A DNA stretch of 57,230 nt, the filler included, from Sphacelaria rigidula (taxonomy: Eukaryota), in NCBI GenBank assembly GCA_964200075.2. It is 5 parts of 5 records of this genome, joined end to end, with 100 filler letters (N's around TTAATTAATTAA, not from the genome) between each part and the next. Parts side by side here need not be neighbours in the genome. Positions count along the whole stretch, not along the records: positions 11,468 to 22,834 come from CAXNAA020005016.1; 4 more parts are not named here. One strand, given 5' to 3'. The position numbers and the translations under genes were made by a program. The notes under the pieces were generated by a model. The model worked only from the letters and a program-made list of their open reading frames with translations. It made no database searches and was not told where the DNA came from. Below, piece by piece: positions 11,468 to 22,934 of this stretch; within the stretch, counting starts at the first letter, position 1; each line of letters starts with the position of its first letter.

Positions 11468-12892
11468 CCTACGGGAAAATCCAATTTCGGGGTATTTCGG
11501 CGATCCGATCTGTGGGAACAAATAACGCCTCTCTATCTTTCTTCCTCATGACAAAAACTCACCGTTTATTGCTCAAGCACGGCGGCGTCCTCTCATCCTC
11601 CTCGTGTGCGTGGCAAGCCCAAGCCTGCAGACCTTCGCTGACCTCCGAATACACCTTCATGCAACAAAAGCACATCCACTACAGGCACCCATATTTACTT
11701 CGCCTATGTCAAAGGCCTGATGTAGGACACGGGAGTGACTTCTACATCGTCGCATTGTACGACAATTGCGGCAACAGCAGTGGGCGGCCACCATCTCTCT
11801 GTCGTCGTCCACGGCCGTCCCCACACTACCTCGCCGCCAATTCGTGCGCCCCCCCCGCCCGTTGTTCCTCCACCATCCCAGATCGGGTGCCGTCAGCGGG
11901 CCGGCCATTGGTAGAGGGGCGACCTCCGGTGCTTGCTACCTCGTCTCCGCCGCATTCTCCCCCGCCGTGAATCGTGCTGCAAACCCGTCCACCCCCGAGA
12001 GGTATTGTGAAAGCATGATACCTGGAGACAGCAGACGATGTCCACCCCACGGCATGGGTTCTTGCGCTGAAATTTCTTGGTGGCTCCGTTCCAGAGGTCA
12101 TAGTGATCCCGATCCATTTATTCTACGCGATCCCAGATCGGATGTAGTCGGCGCGGCGGTCATTGGTCGCGAGCCGAAATCACCTACTTCTGCTCCCTGT
12201 TCCACCGCACTGCCTCCTGCTGTCGGTCGTGTTGTAAATCTGTCCACCCGTAGGAAATTTGGTGAAGGCACAACACCGTTGTGTGGTACGGAAGATTATA
12301 CCGACCCTCCAGCATGCGTTCTTGCGCCGAAACCCCAGGGTGGCTCTATCCCGGAAGTCGTAACCATCCGTGAGAACATTAAAAAAAAATCCCTCTACCC
12401 CTTTTCCCTTAACACGGGGATGAAATGGCTCCTCCCTCCGGACGCGATGGGGGTGCAATCTACGATTCTCGTCAGTTACGTAGGCATTCACAGACGAAGA
12501 ACGGTGCCTACGAGCACGTTGGAGGCATCGTGAGAACATGTGTATCAAATAATATTCCCTGATCACCCGCCTTCTCCCCCCCGCCCTTTTCCCGGAGATG
12601 AGACAAACGCATCATCACTGAACGATCTCAGCGGAAAGGGAGGGGTGTTGTCCGACAATTGAGCCGTTTGCGGTAGGACAACAACGAACCTGAACTCGTG
12701 ACTGTCACCAATAGAAAACATACAATTTACCCTAACCATAGTGATGATGCATACAATTCTAAACAGGGCTACAGACACCCCCGGGGGGAAATATGTTTTT
12801 GAAGGTGAAACGAACCGAAGACCACATTTTTCTTGTCCACGGCGGCGGGAGGGGGGGCGTTATTGCGGCTTCGATGCTCGCCGTTGATGTTC

Positions 12893-12986
12893 TCTGTGAC
12901 GGTTTAAGAGACTACCAACTAGACTACTGACAAGTCAGCGCTGACTTATCAGTAGTCTAGTTGGTTGTCTCTTAAACCGTCACAGA
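12893..12986. repeat. 94-bp near-perfect palindrome with no spacer
   Basis: 47-bp arms centred on agcgct (12937-12942), with 2 mismatches. Confidence 0.95.
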
Positions 12987-13405
12987 CGTCACAGATCCGT
13001 TGTCATATTCACGCTGCTCATTTTACCTGAGAAGACAGCACACGTCCAATAGTGAGCAATTGTTCTCTCTACGTTTTCCCCTTCATTTACACCCCTGGTG
13101 GGCTAGGGGAAGGCGCTGTATACATGCTAGATTTTCACATACGCACGAAACTTTAACGCAGCACGAGAACATGTGTGGGAAATAAAGCTCAATGTGCCGA
13201 CCTGAGCCACTTTTGGGGGGGCTTTTCCACGACTCGGAACGAAGGTTATGACATGTATAGGATAGGTAGCGGGTTTGTTTCTGTTCCGATCACCCTATAC
13301 TGAAATATATATAATGGAGAAGAAATAACTGGGCCCTACCCACCGTGACCCGGTTATTTGGGGAGTTTTAGGCGTCTGTGACCACGGGTTCGCGAGATCG
13401 GACTA

Positions 13406-14846
13406 CCGTAAGTTGCTCTGTGATCGCACAGGGGTGCGATCGATTTTTAAATGTGTTCGAACTTGTTTTTTTTTCGCACAGGGGTGCCTTCTCACGACTC
13501 CTATGCGAACACCCTCCCTGTGCGAAAATCGAATTTAACCATCTGGTACTGCTTTTCTGTCGCACACCCCTGTGCCATCTCAACGACACGTGCGATATTG
13601 TCTTTCCCTTGTCCAAAAAATATGTCAACCAACCATCCAACCATCAATCCTTAAACAATCAATATATAATTCATTAATTATTTGTACAAATTAATAAATA
13701 TTATGCAATTGAGTAAATAATTTCGATGACACCAGGGTCTTTGAACGCACACCCTGTGCGATAACCCCGCCATGTGCGATACTGAGTAAATCTTCGCCGG
13801 TGTATAGGGACAATCTGCAACAGTACTGCCGTAGGAGCAAGGTCTGAAGATGCCTGAAACATAGTAAGTACACACGGGCACACAGCCACAGCACGACAGC
13901 ATCAAGCACACCGCACGAGCCAAGAAAAATGCGGCGGGATTCAAAAACCCGACGAGGCGGCGAATTACGGGAAAAGCGGCGATATACGCGTAAATTGCCC
14001 GGCCGCCACAAGCCACAAAGCTATTATTGTTGTCTGGTAATCAGCTGGTGGTTGTGAGAAGGTCCTCACGTAGAGACGCTTGTGCGATGTCAGAGAGAAA
14101 CGGCGCCGAGGTTGCAGCCGCGAGCAGTGGCGCAGCTTTACCGGTATTTGTGTGCCAAACCACAATGGGCATCGAGGATGGGGAAATGCGTGTACCGCTT
14201 GTCTACTGCACGCAAAGTAGAAGTACCGGGAGACTCGGTGATGGAATAATTTATGCCCAAGGTGGTGAGTGCCGCAGCGTGAGAGTCTACGGTAGTTGTC
14301 GTAGGACCGATATACCGTTACACGAAATGTCGAAGGGAGAGACGAGGTTGATTACAAGAAATATCGTCGGGTGCCAGTACGCGTTTGCTTTCGGACTTCG
14401 TTTTTTCCGTCGGTGTTGGCGTTTGGTGAAAGGTTTCGGCTCTGGTGGTTTCATCCAAGGTTCACGATGAGAACTGGAGTAAAATAAATTGAAAAAGAGA
14501 GCCACTCCGTATGTGTGTTGTGTCTGCATTGCCACACCGAAGTGTGTAGTCCAGACAAACCGCATGACGAACAGTGGAATAAAAGAAAAAACCGTGGCAA
14601 CTCAGGCTGTGCGCCCAAAAGACCCATCCGCGCGCACCCGTTCTCACGCCGGGAAGGTGGCTGAGACTCATTTCATCCTTGAGATCGCACCCCTGTGCGA
14701 AACCAATGCCCCCTGTGTGAAAACAACGCCCCCTGTGCGAATAACCAATTCCATTATTTCAAACCGTGTTTTTGATCGCACATGGGTGCATTCTCACGAC
14801 CCCTGTACAATATTCATGCCCTGTGCGATCACAGAGCAACTTACGG
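13406..14846. mobile_element. Non-autonomous Tc1/mariner (pogo-like) element, TA TSD
   Basis: Perfect 28-bp TIR ccgtaagttgctctgtgatcgcacaggg, with TA at 13404-13405 and 14847-14848. Repeated subterminal ccctgtgcga motifs at both ends. No recognisable transposase. Confidence 0.88.
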
Positions 14847-15126
14847 TAATGTGCGGAATGGGTGTATTCAGTATGAATACGAGGTTTGTGTTGGCGGATG
14901 ACGAATTATAAGGGATGTACTCTGGTATATGCCGAAGTTGAAATAAGATATAAGGGATCGCGTGTCCAAGGCGCAAACGCCGCAGAGTTGGTTCAAGCGA
15001 GCGAGACTGGTCTGGTGCAAGAGCACCAAAGAACCAGACAGTATCACTCGAGACCAGTTGACCAGACAGCGACGCGCCAGCAGTCTCAGTAGTACAGTAG
15101 TCCCTGGCACTTGATCGATTTTTACA

Positions 15127-17185
15127 ATGGATCACACACTAGCATCGGGAACAGCAAAAGCAGCAGCAGGAGGAGCAGCCTCGCAGAGCCAAGGCCAACA
15201 CCAGCACAGGGGCACATCAGGAGCTCGAGCAACGGCAGGAACAAAAGGGGGAAGGGTTGCAGGAGGGGAACCAGGCCGAGCCCCGGCACCACAAGCCGGA
15301 GGCGCGCACAGCATCCCGACCTCCGCCAACCAGCACGCCGACCCGCAGGGTAGTGCAGGCCAGGTAAACACTGACGCACAAGCACCCCCACGACCCCCAC
15401 TCGGACCCCCACCTGGCCCAAGCCCGCAGTCAGACATTCTAGCCCAAACCCTGGAGGCCCAGGAAAAAACGAACATCAACAAAGAACAGTGACACCAGAA
15501 AAATCTGCACAGACAGCAGCAGCAGAGCCAAAATATTTCGACCCTTCAACGGCAGGTACATCTTCTCCAGTACGGACTACCACAACTGCAAGGCGGGGCC
15601 GCGCAAGGCGGGGCCGGCCGGCAGCCGGCGAGCGCCGCACAGCAACAGCACATAGCGAGGGGAAGAGGAAACAGGCCCCCCCTGCTCGCACCCAACATCC
15701 ACTACCGCTACCCATCGGAGGGCCGCTACCGCATCACCAACACCAACAGCCGCAGCTACACCACCATCACCAACAACCGCAACAGCAACAGCAACATCAT
15801 CAACCTCAGCAGCACGAGCCGCACCAACAGACGCAGCACCAACATCAACAGCCGCAGCCGCAGCTGCAGCAGCCGCAGCAGCCGCAGCAGCACCATCAGC
15901 AACCGCAGAGGGACCAGCACCACGTACAACAACTCCATCAACATTAACCACAGAAATACTATCGAACACAGCCGCAATCTCAGGTCCACCAACTCCTCCA
16001 GCTTCTCAGTGGTGGGGAAGGGGGACAGATCCAACAGCTCAGGCATGCAGTGGGAGCGACCAACACCGCCCTTGCCAGTACAAAGAAGGCCGAAGAAATG
16101 CAGGAGAAGCGGGAGATCAACAGCTGGCTCTCGGACGAAAACAAGGCACTCGTCCACATTCTAAGCGGCGGGGTCTACATTTCCATTCCCATGTCTGATA
16201 CAAACTTGAAACTCAAACTCCGCGACGTGGCCGACACCAACCGGGGCATGCTGATCAACATCCAGACATTGACCGACGTAAACGTCACCAACTTTCACTC
16301 CCCGGTGCCGCCTGGATTAAAAAAAAACACTTTCGCGCCGAGGTTCATGTCGCCACATTCACCAAGGCACTGGCCATCATCATCAACTTCGGTACCACCG
16401 ACAACGACGGCGGGCGGGATAGGAGAGCTTTCATCACAGGAGAGCTGACGAGGATCGTGTCAGCGCTGGACGCGTACACCGGGAAAAACTACGCCGCTCT
16501 ACACAATGACGAGGCGGCCGTAAAAACCCGCATAATCACCGACTTCAACCATGACATCAACGGGTGGCTGACAGACTGCAGGGACGCTGGGCCGAATATG
16601 CGCATGGAGTCTCCCGGCGCCCCACCCGCCAACGGGCAGGGCCCTGCAGCGCCGGTACCAGCGTTCACTCGCGTGAAGACGCTCACCGCTAACGGTCACC
16701 TCAGTAGCCTCATTGGTCGCCGAAACCCCGGGCTCACGGTAGCAAGCTCACCCGCGCAACCCACCCTCAAGACAGCCGTCAAGCGGAAGGCGCTCCCCGA
16801 CGGGGGCACGAGCGACGCGGTCAAACGCGCCGCTCCTCACCCTCCGTCGTATCCGGCCCAGTGGCAACACCTCACACCACCGAACACCGATTTCAACACG
16901 GAACTAGCGTCCTGGGCCCCGCCGGCGGGCGTCTGCTTACGAGCTTGGCAGGGCCTCACATGCCCACGGGGGCGCGGGTGCCGCCTCCCGGGCCACACCG
17001 GCAAGAATGAAGCCGTCGGAGGCCCTCCCGTCCAGCCGCCAGCGGCGTTCCAGATATCTCCAACAGCCTCGACGGCGGCGACGGCAAAACCATCAGCACC
17101 AGTGGCACCGGCGGCCGCAGCGAGTACAGTGGCGCGCTTTTCCCACAACTTCGGCGGAAATGGCGGAGCTGGACGGTGCACCTGA
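15127..17185 (+). pseudogene. ORF1 (gag-like) of the YR retrotransposon, disrupted
   Basis: ATG at 15127; broken ORFs 15127-15492, 15489-15947, 16050-16448 and 16457-17185. Contains a Q/H-rich tract and a CCCH-like finger CLRAWQGLTCPRGRGCRLPGH. Confidence 0.7.
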
Positions 17186-18149
17186 GGGTGCGGCCTCCGG
17201 CAGTCGTCGGGGCCTACCAGTGTGGGGGGAGGAGGAGCACCGGTCACGGAGTCAGCGAGGTCGGTGGGTATCGCCCAGGCCCCTCAACCGGGGTCGGTGG
17301 CGGCAAGCTTCTTTCACGGTGAGAGCAGGAATACCGACGCATGTAGCAACCCTAAAGCACGTCACAGCGGTAGATCGCGTAGTCCCATTCCGCATTACCC
17401 ACGCCCGACAGAAAAGTCGATGACCAACCCCACCAAGACGTTCTGTAACAAGTAAATTTCGGCAGGTTACACTAGATTGGACGGTAGAGCTCACACGCAT
17501 GAAATATTCGATGGCATCACCGCCCCGCGCAATGACACGAAAAGCAACGAAGACGCGAACAATGGCCCGCACGACTACAGTAAACGGCCGACTCTGAGGT
17601 ACAACGGAACGCACGAACGTGCACAGGAAAGCCAGCAACAAGATCAGATAATCTGCCCGTCCATGACTAACGAAAAAAACAGTAGTACACGCAGACACCA
17701 CGCCAAAACCACTTCGCACATCCCCGCACACAGGAGACGTGGAGAAGCAGATCCGGCGGTCGGCAGTTACGCACAGGTAGCCCCGAACGTCGGTAGATCA
17801 GACAGTAACAGAACTCATGCTCCCCGTGAAATTGTATCACACCCAGTGCAAAAGAACACCCGGCGTTCGGCAATTCCGAGGGAACCCTGAACAACGGCAC
17901 GTCCATGTTGACAAGCGCAAACCGTGCAAACTCAATAATGGGTGACGGGCGGAAAGCATGCACGAGTTCAAAACAGCACCTGGTGCACTAAAACAATACA
18001 GTTGACCAATAGTTACACACAGGTAGACCCAGGCAACGGCTCGCACACGTTGACGAGTGAGAAGCCCGCAGAGAAAAAGAACAACACCAGTAGTAAGGAG
18101 ATCATCGGTAGGCAAAGTTTGGGGTCGGTGAGAAACTCACCTCCAGTTG

Positions 18150-20602
18150 GAACCACTCGCCACCGAAGCCCAACCGGACACACAGACCACCCAAGCAAAA
18201 ACCTCAATACCCGGTGGAAACAGCAACAGTGAGAACTATCGAATACACATAAACCTAACAGATATGAAACGCATCATCACAGACCTAGCCGCCACCTGCA
18301 CGAGTCTCGTCCGACGCAACCACGGAAGAATCGGGGATGTAGCAAAGGGGCTCGGCGGCACGTTGGTGTCACCGTCGATGAACCTGAGAGACATCCACGA
18401 GTATTTCGGAAACCAAAAACACTTCCTCGGATACGAGAACTCCTGCCCATGATTGAGTACGGAGTCCCAATAACACATCATCTCGCGATCCCGATCCTCG
18501 AGGAGCGCTGAAATACGTTAATCACCCCAGTCTTGAAGAACACATGCCTCAAGTCTGGGAGAAGTTGTTTGAGGATGTACGAAGGAACATATGCCTGGTG
18601 TTTGAAAAGGGGGCGGCGCTCGAAATCAGCGCGACCTCAGAGTGGCCCCACTTGGGACAGTAGTAACTAGCAAAAGTCAGGACTATCAACAATTTTTCGT
18701 TTGATCCCAGCGTACCGAAGGGAGAAAAAGGCGGCCTCAACCGGGACACGATTGTGGACGAGGTACCGCAATGCCTCTGCGGAGAGGCACTCCCAAAATC
18801 ACTGAATGAACTCCTGAAGCTATATGTCAAGTTTCCGGATAGTAGAATCCTACTGTCAAAGGCAGACGTCTCAAAAACATTCAGAAATGTCAGGATCGTG
18901 CCCAACCAGGCGCAAAAATGCTGTTACGTGGTAGACGACGTTATAGTAGCAGACGTTCGGCTCACGTTTGGATGGACGGGATCCCCCGGCTACTGGGTAC
19001 TCTTACCACAGGCTGCTGAACACGCACACTGCAATACCACAATACTCGACGCCAATACTCGACAAAGGTAGAGAGATGATGAAACACGTGACCATAGTCG
19101 AGCCCTGGGAAGAAGGGACGCCTACAAAGGTCCCGCCCGACGCTACTATTCCCCCGGCAAACGGGGGGGGACTCCACGACCCCTTTTTCATCAGCGTGTA
19201 TGTGGACGACTATGTCCTAGCAAGGGTGCAGCACGGCGTGCAAGATTAATCGGCGCTAGCCGCATCAGCCTCGCTAGCCTCAGATCACATCAGACTGTTC
19301 GGTCCCGGAGAGCCGGGAGAGATACGCATCCTCGCACCTAAAAAAAGTACAAACTGGGACACCAGTGTAGATGCGTTGGGCGCTCCACGATCGACACACA
19401 CACCATGCGGATAGCGGTCACTCGAGAAAAGGTCGAAGCTATCAAAGAATCGCTGAGCGCGACTGGCCCGCGGACAAGACACGCGCGACCGCGCAAGACG
19501 TAATCAGTATAGCTGGAAAACTCTGGACCCTCGAGTTTGTGGTGAGACCCGGAAAATATTTCGTATGGCAACTACTACGCCTCACCGACTTACACGTAGC
19601 CGCGAAAAAGAAACGTGAGGTGAGACGAACAGTGAACCTTGGCTGGGAGTTTCACGAGGATATCGCATTTTGGAAATGGGCTATTGCGGAGAACCTGGTG
19701 CGTCGCGGCGAATCGCTTAGCGCCCTGTTCTTTGCCCACACAAAACGCACCGCATCTCGTAGATACATCCCCGACGCGAGCCTGGCAGCGGTAGGCGGAT
19801 ACTGCCCAGAGCTCGGATTATTCTGGCGATACTCTTTAACCCATGAGCTTACATGCGAACTTAAGAGAAAAGCAAAAAATAAAGAAACTTGTGCGATCAC
19901 TGTCAATCTACTAGAACTGTGTGGAATGTTCATGACCGCCTGCGCTATCTAAATGTTTGAGGGCCAAAGGCCCACAGAGAGAGGGGACCCTATCCTGATG
20001 CGCGGCGACAACTCGTCGGCTGTACACTGGGTAAATAAATGCAGGGGATCAAAAGACAGACGCGCCGCCGTCCTGATGCGAATGATGGGTCGCATGGAAG
20101 CCGCCACCGGGTGGTGTACTATAGACTAATGCCGAGATAGCTCTCCGCAAAACGTGCACCGGCACCATCCGATGAACCGGCTGCGATCCCACTATTGGGC
20201 TCGTTTGCAGCTACTTCGCCCACATGAGAGGCGTGTAGCAGTCCGAAATCAGCTATAACGCCCAAATCAGTTGCGTCGGGCGGCAAGAAACCAGCTTGAA
20301 CGGCAGTTGTGATCATCGCCTCCGTGCACGTTTTTGGCCGGTTTGGGCGGGGGCTATCTCGGCAGCAGTCTATAGCAAAACACATACCTGGCGTCGGAAA
20401 CGAGCTAGCAGACGGCATCTCGAGATGGCCCGAGTCGGAGGTGGCCGAGAGGGTAGCACGGTTGTCAGGAAATCTCAACTGGAAACGGCTAGAGCTAGGA
20501 AATCGAGGCAGAGAGATACTCGAATTCATTCTGCAAGAAAAACCCCTGGACCACAGCCTAAACGAACAGATCTGGAACATAATGTCCCGACAAGCAGACT
20601 GA
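18150..20602 (+). pseudogene. Reverse transcriptase-RNase H of the YR retrotransposon, frameshifted and MITE-interrupted
   Basis: RT motifs LSKADVSKTFRNV, RLTFGWTGSPGYW and VYVDDY. RNase H motifs DASLAAVGGY, VNLLEL, GDNSSAV and HIPGVGNELADGISR. Start is approximate. Confidence 0.9.
20121..20373. mobile_element. ~250-bp MITE with ATAGACT termini inserted in RNase H
   Basis: TIRs atagactaatgccgagatagc and gctatctcggcagcagtctat. ctatag is duplicated at 20119 and 20370. Removing 251 bp restores W-C-T-I-A-K-H-I-P-G. Confidence 0.9.
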
Positions 20603-21712
20603 ACCCGCGCTGAACTCGTGATACTATTGCAGGACAAAATGGAGACCCCGCCAGAGACGAGAAGGGCGTTGCAAAGCTAGTAGAAATAGTAGCCCACGCG
20701 TCAATTAACGCCAGCACAAGACGCGGGTACGAGAAAAGTTCGAAACGTGGTTGGTGTGGAGGGCCCGCCGAGAAAAGCCCGTATATATGTGAAGGACCGA
20801 CGGCGAGGCTAGCGCGGTCATCGGCATCACTGAATTTATTGCGATGCGGCTTTTTACGCACAGTAACCAGAGGGGGGCAGTGCGGGGAAATTTGTCAGCG
20901 ATAAGCTTTTACCACAAGATGCATACCGGTTGGGAGTTAACTATGAAACACTGTATGATAACAGCCGCGCTCAAGGGAGTGGATCGAGCAAACGGAAAAT
21001 CCGAAGTAAGGCCCCGCGTGCGAAAACCGCTGACGCTATCGCTGTCGGTAGAAGGGAGAATGCTAGAGATGGGTACGACACAGAGCCGAGTCACGTGGAT
21101 AGGCCTAGCCCTATCGTGTTTTCTTCTGTGCAGGGCCTCCGAAATCTAGGCATACATCGATGGTTCGGTACAACCAGGTTTTTGCCTAGGGAGACGCGAG
21201 ACCTTACCTTTTTCAGAGAAAACTCCCATATGATCTGGTCAGACAGGGGCTTGGCCGATAGGGTCGAGGTGCGTTTTAGAGCCTCCAAGGCGGACCAAAA
21301 ACGCCTAGGGGCGGTTGTATCTCGAACAAGAGTAGGGGGAAGCGCGCGGAGCGCCGAAAGATCTGAAAACACAGGGGCGCTAGAGCTCCTACTCGAGCTG
21401 CTTGACTACCACTCAGAGTTGGGGGCAGAAGCTCCACTGATGCAGACCGTAGGTAAGACCGAATGGGTAGCAGTCACTCGGGCGCGCGCGACGAGCGCAC
21501 TTAGGCAACTAATTTCCACTACAGGGAGGGACCCGACGGAGTACGCGCTGCACTCCGGTAGGATCGGGGGAGCAACACATCTAGCGGCGCGGGGAGCGTC
21601 GCAACTGAAGATTCAGAGGGCGGGGAGGTGGAAATCGCTGGCCTTCATGACGTACGTAAGAGCGAGGGGCGAAGGAGCGAAATTCGTATCGCAGGCACTC
21701 GCTGGGGAGTAA
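20600..21712 (+). pseudogene. Tyrosine recombinase of the retrotransposon (frameshifted)
   Basis: FLLCRASE (R), FRASKADQ (K), YALHSGRIGGAT (HxxR) and GRWKSLAFMTYVR (W, Y). Stop at 21712; start is approximate. Confidence 0.93.
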
Positions 21713-22834
21713 ATTACAAAGAAGAGAAAATAGATGAGATTGAAGTGAAGAAAAATAGGAGAAGGAAAGCGGGAACAGATCGGGCTGCCCAATGGGGTAA
21801 GAGTGACCTACCGCAAGGGCGGGCCAATATTAAGTACAGTAGTTTCGGGTTAGCCCGATAGTGTCCCAACTGCGAGAACGTGTTTTTTGTCTCGCAGTTT
21901 TGTTTGTGTTAGTTTTCCGTCTCTTCTACATCCCAAATAATCCATATTTCTTTAGTCAAAAGCAAATGGGTGTATTCCGTAAGAATACGAGGTTTGTGTT
22001 GGCCCATGACGAATTATAAGTGATGTACTGTAAGCGCAAGGTGTCCGAGTAAAACAAGCTGCAGATACACACGTGCAGATTCACGTGACTGTTGGTTACA
22101 GTAGCAACCAAACACAAAGGGAGCTCAAAGACTTGATATCTTTTTAATCCCTCACTGTTTTATTCCCTTGGTCGCCCAGCACACTGTTCTCCCCAGTGGT
22201 ACTCAGTAGGAGCAGATGGTCCGGCTCGAAGGGTAGCTCAAGAGTGAGCGAGGGTGCATGAGGCACGGTAGAGCAACCTATTTTTGAACTCGGCCTGGGA
22301 AGGCGTTTCGCCTCCCCGGGACTAGGGCACACCAATCTATACACTACTCTCCCCCGGCTAGGGTACACCAGTCTGTACACCAATCTTCCCAGAACTATGG
22401 GAGCATTCCCGTGGACAGATCGAATGATCTGTAAGCCAGCCTGCCCTAAAGTTGTCTGTGGGTACAAATAACGCCTCTCTATCTTCCTTCCTCATGGCAC
22501 TCACCCACCCAGACGAACCTCTATTTGAGTTGCGATGAAATCTCAAGAGCAACTAAAATTGAGACTTGTCTCACCCATCGAGTCATGAGGGGACAACGCG
22601 AAAAAAAGAAAAGAAAAAAAACAAGAGGGCAATGACCAGCCTGGTGCCCGATCCTCCCACACCTCAAACAAGAAAAACCAAAGGTGCCTCAAAAAGCGCA
22701 ATTACGCAATTAACAGTGTTTTCGTGAGATTGAGAGTAGATGACACGATTGAGAGTGAAAAGCGGTCAATCAGTGGATGAATGGTTTCAGTTCCTAAATG
22801 CACTTCCACGAGGCCCAGCATGCTTGCTGCAATA

Positions 22835-22934
22835 NNNNNNNNNNNNNNNNNNNNNNNNNNNNNNNNNNNNNNNNNNNNTTAATTAATTAANNNNNNNNNN
22901 NNNNNNNNNNNNNNNNNNNNNNNNNNNNNNNNNN
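22835..22934. other. Artificial contig-joining spacer
   Basis: N44-TTAATTAATTAA-N44. Confidence 0.98.

Larger units (their letters stand above)
14857..22029 (+). mobile_element. Tyrosine-recombinase retrotransposon (DIRS order, Ngaro/PAT-like), decayed
   Basis: Order is gag-like ORF1, RT, RNase H, then YR. Bounded by 65-bp direct repeats at 14857-14921 and 21965-22029 (5 mismatches). Confidence 0.93.
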
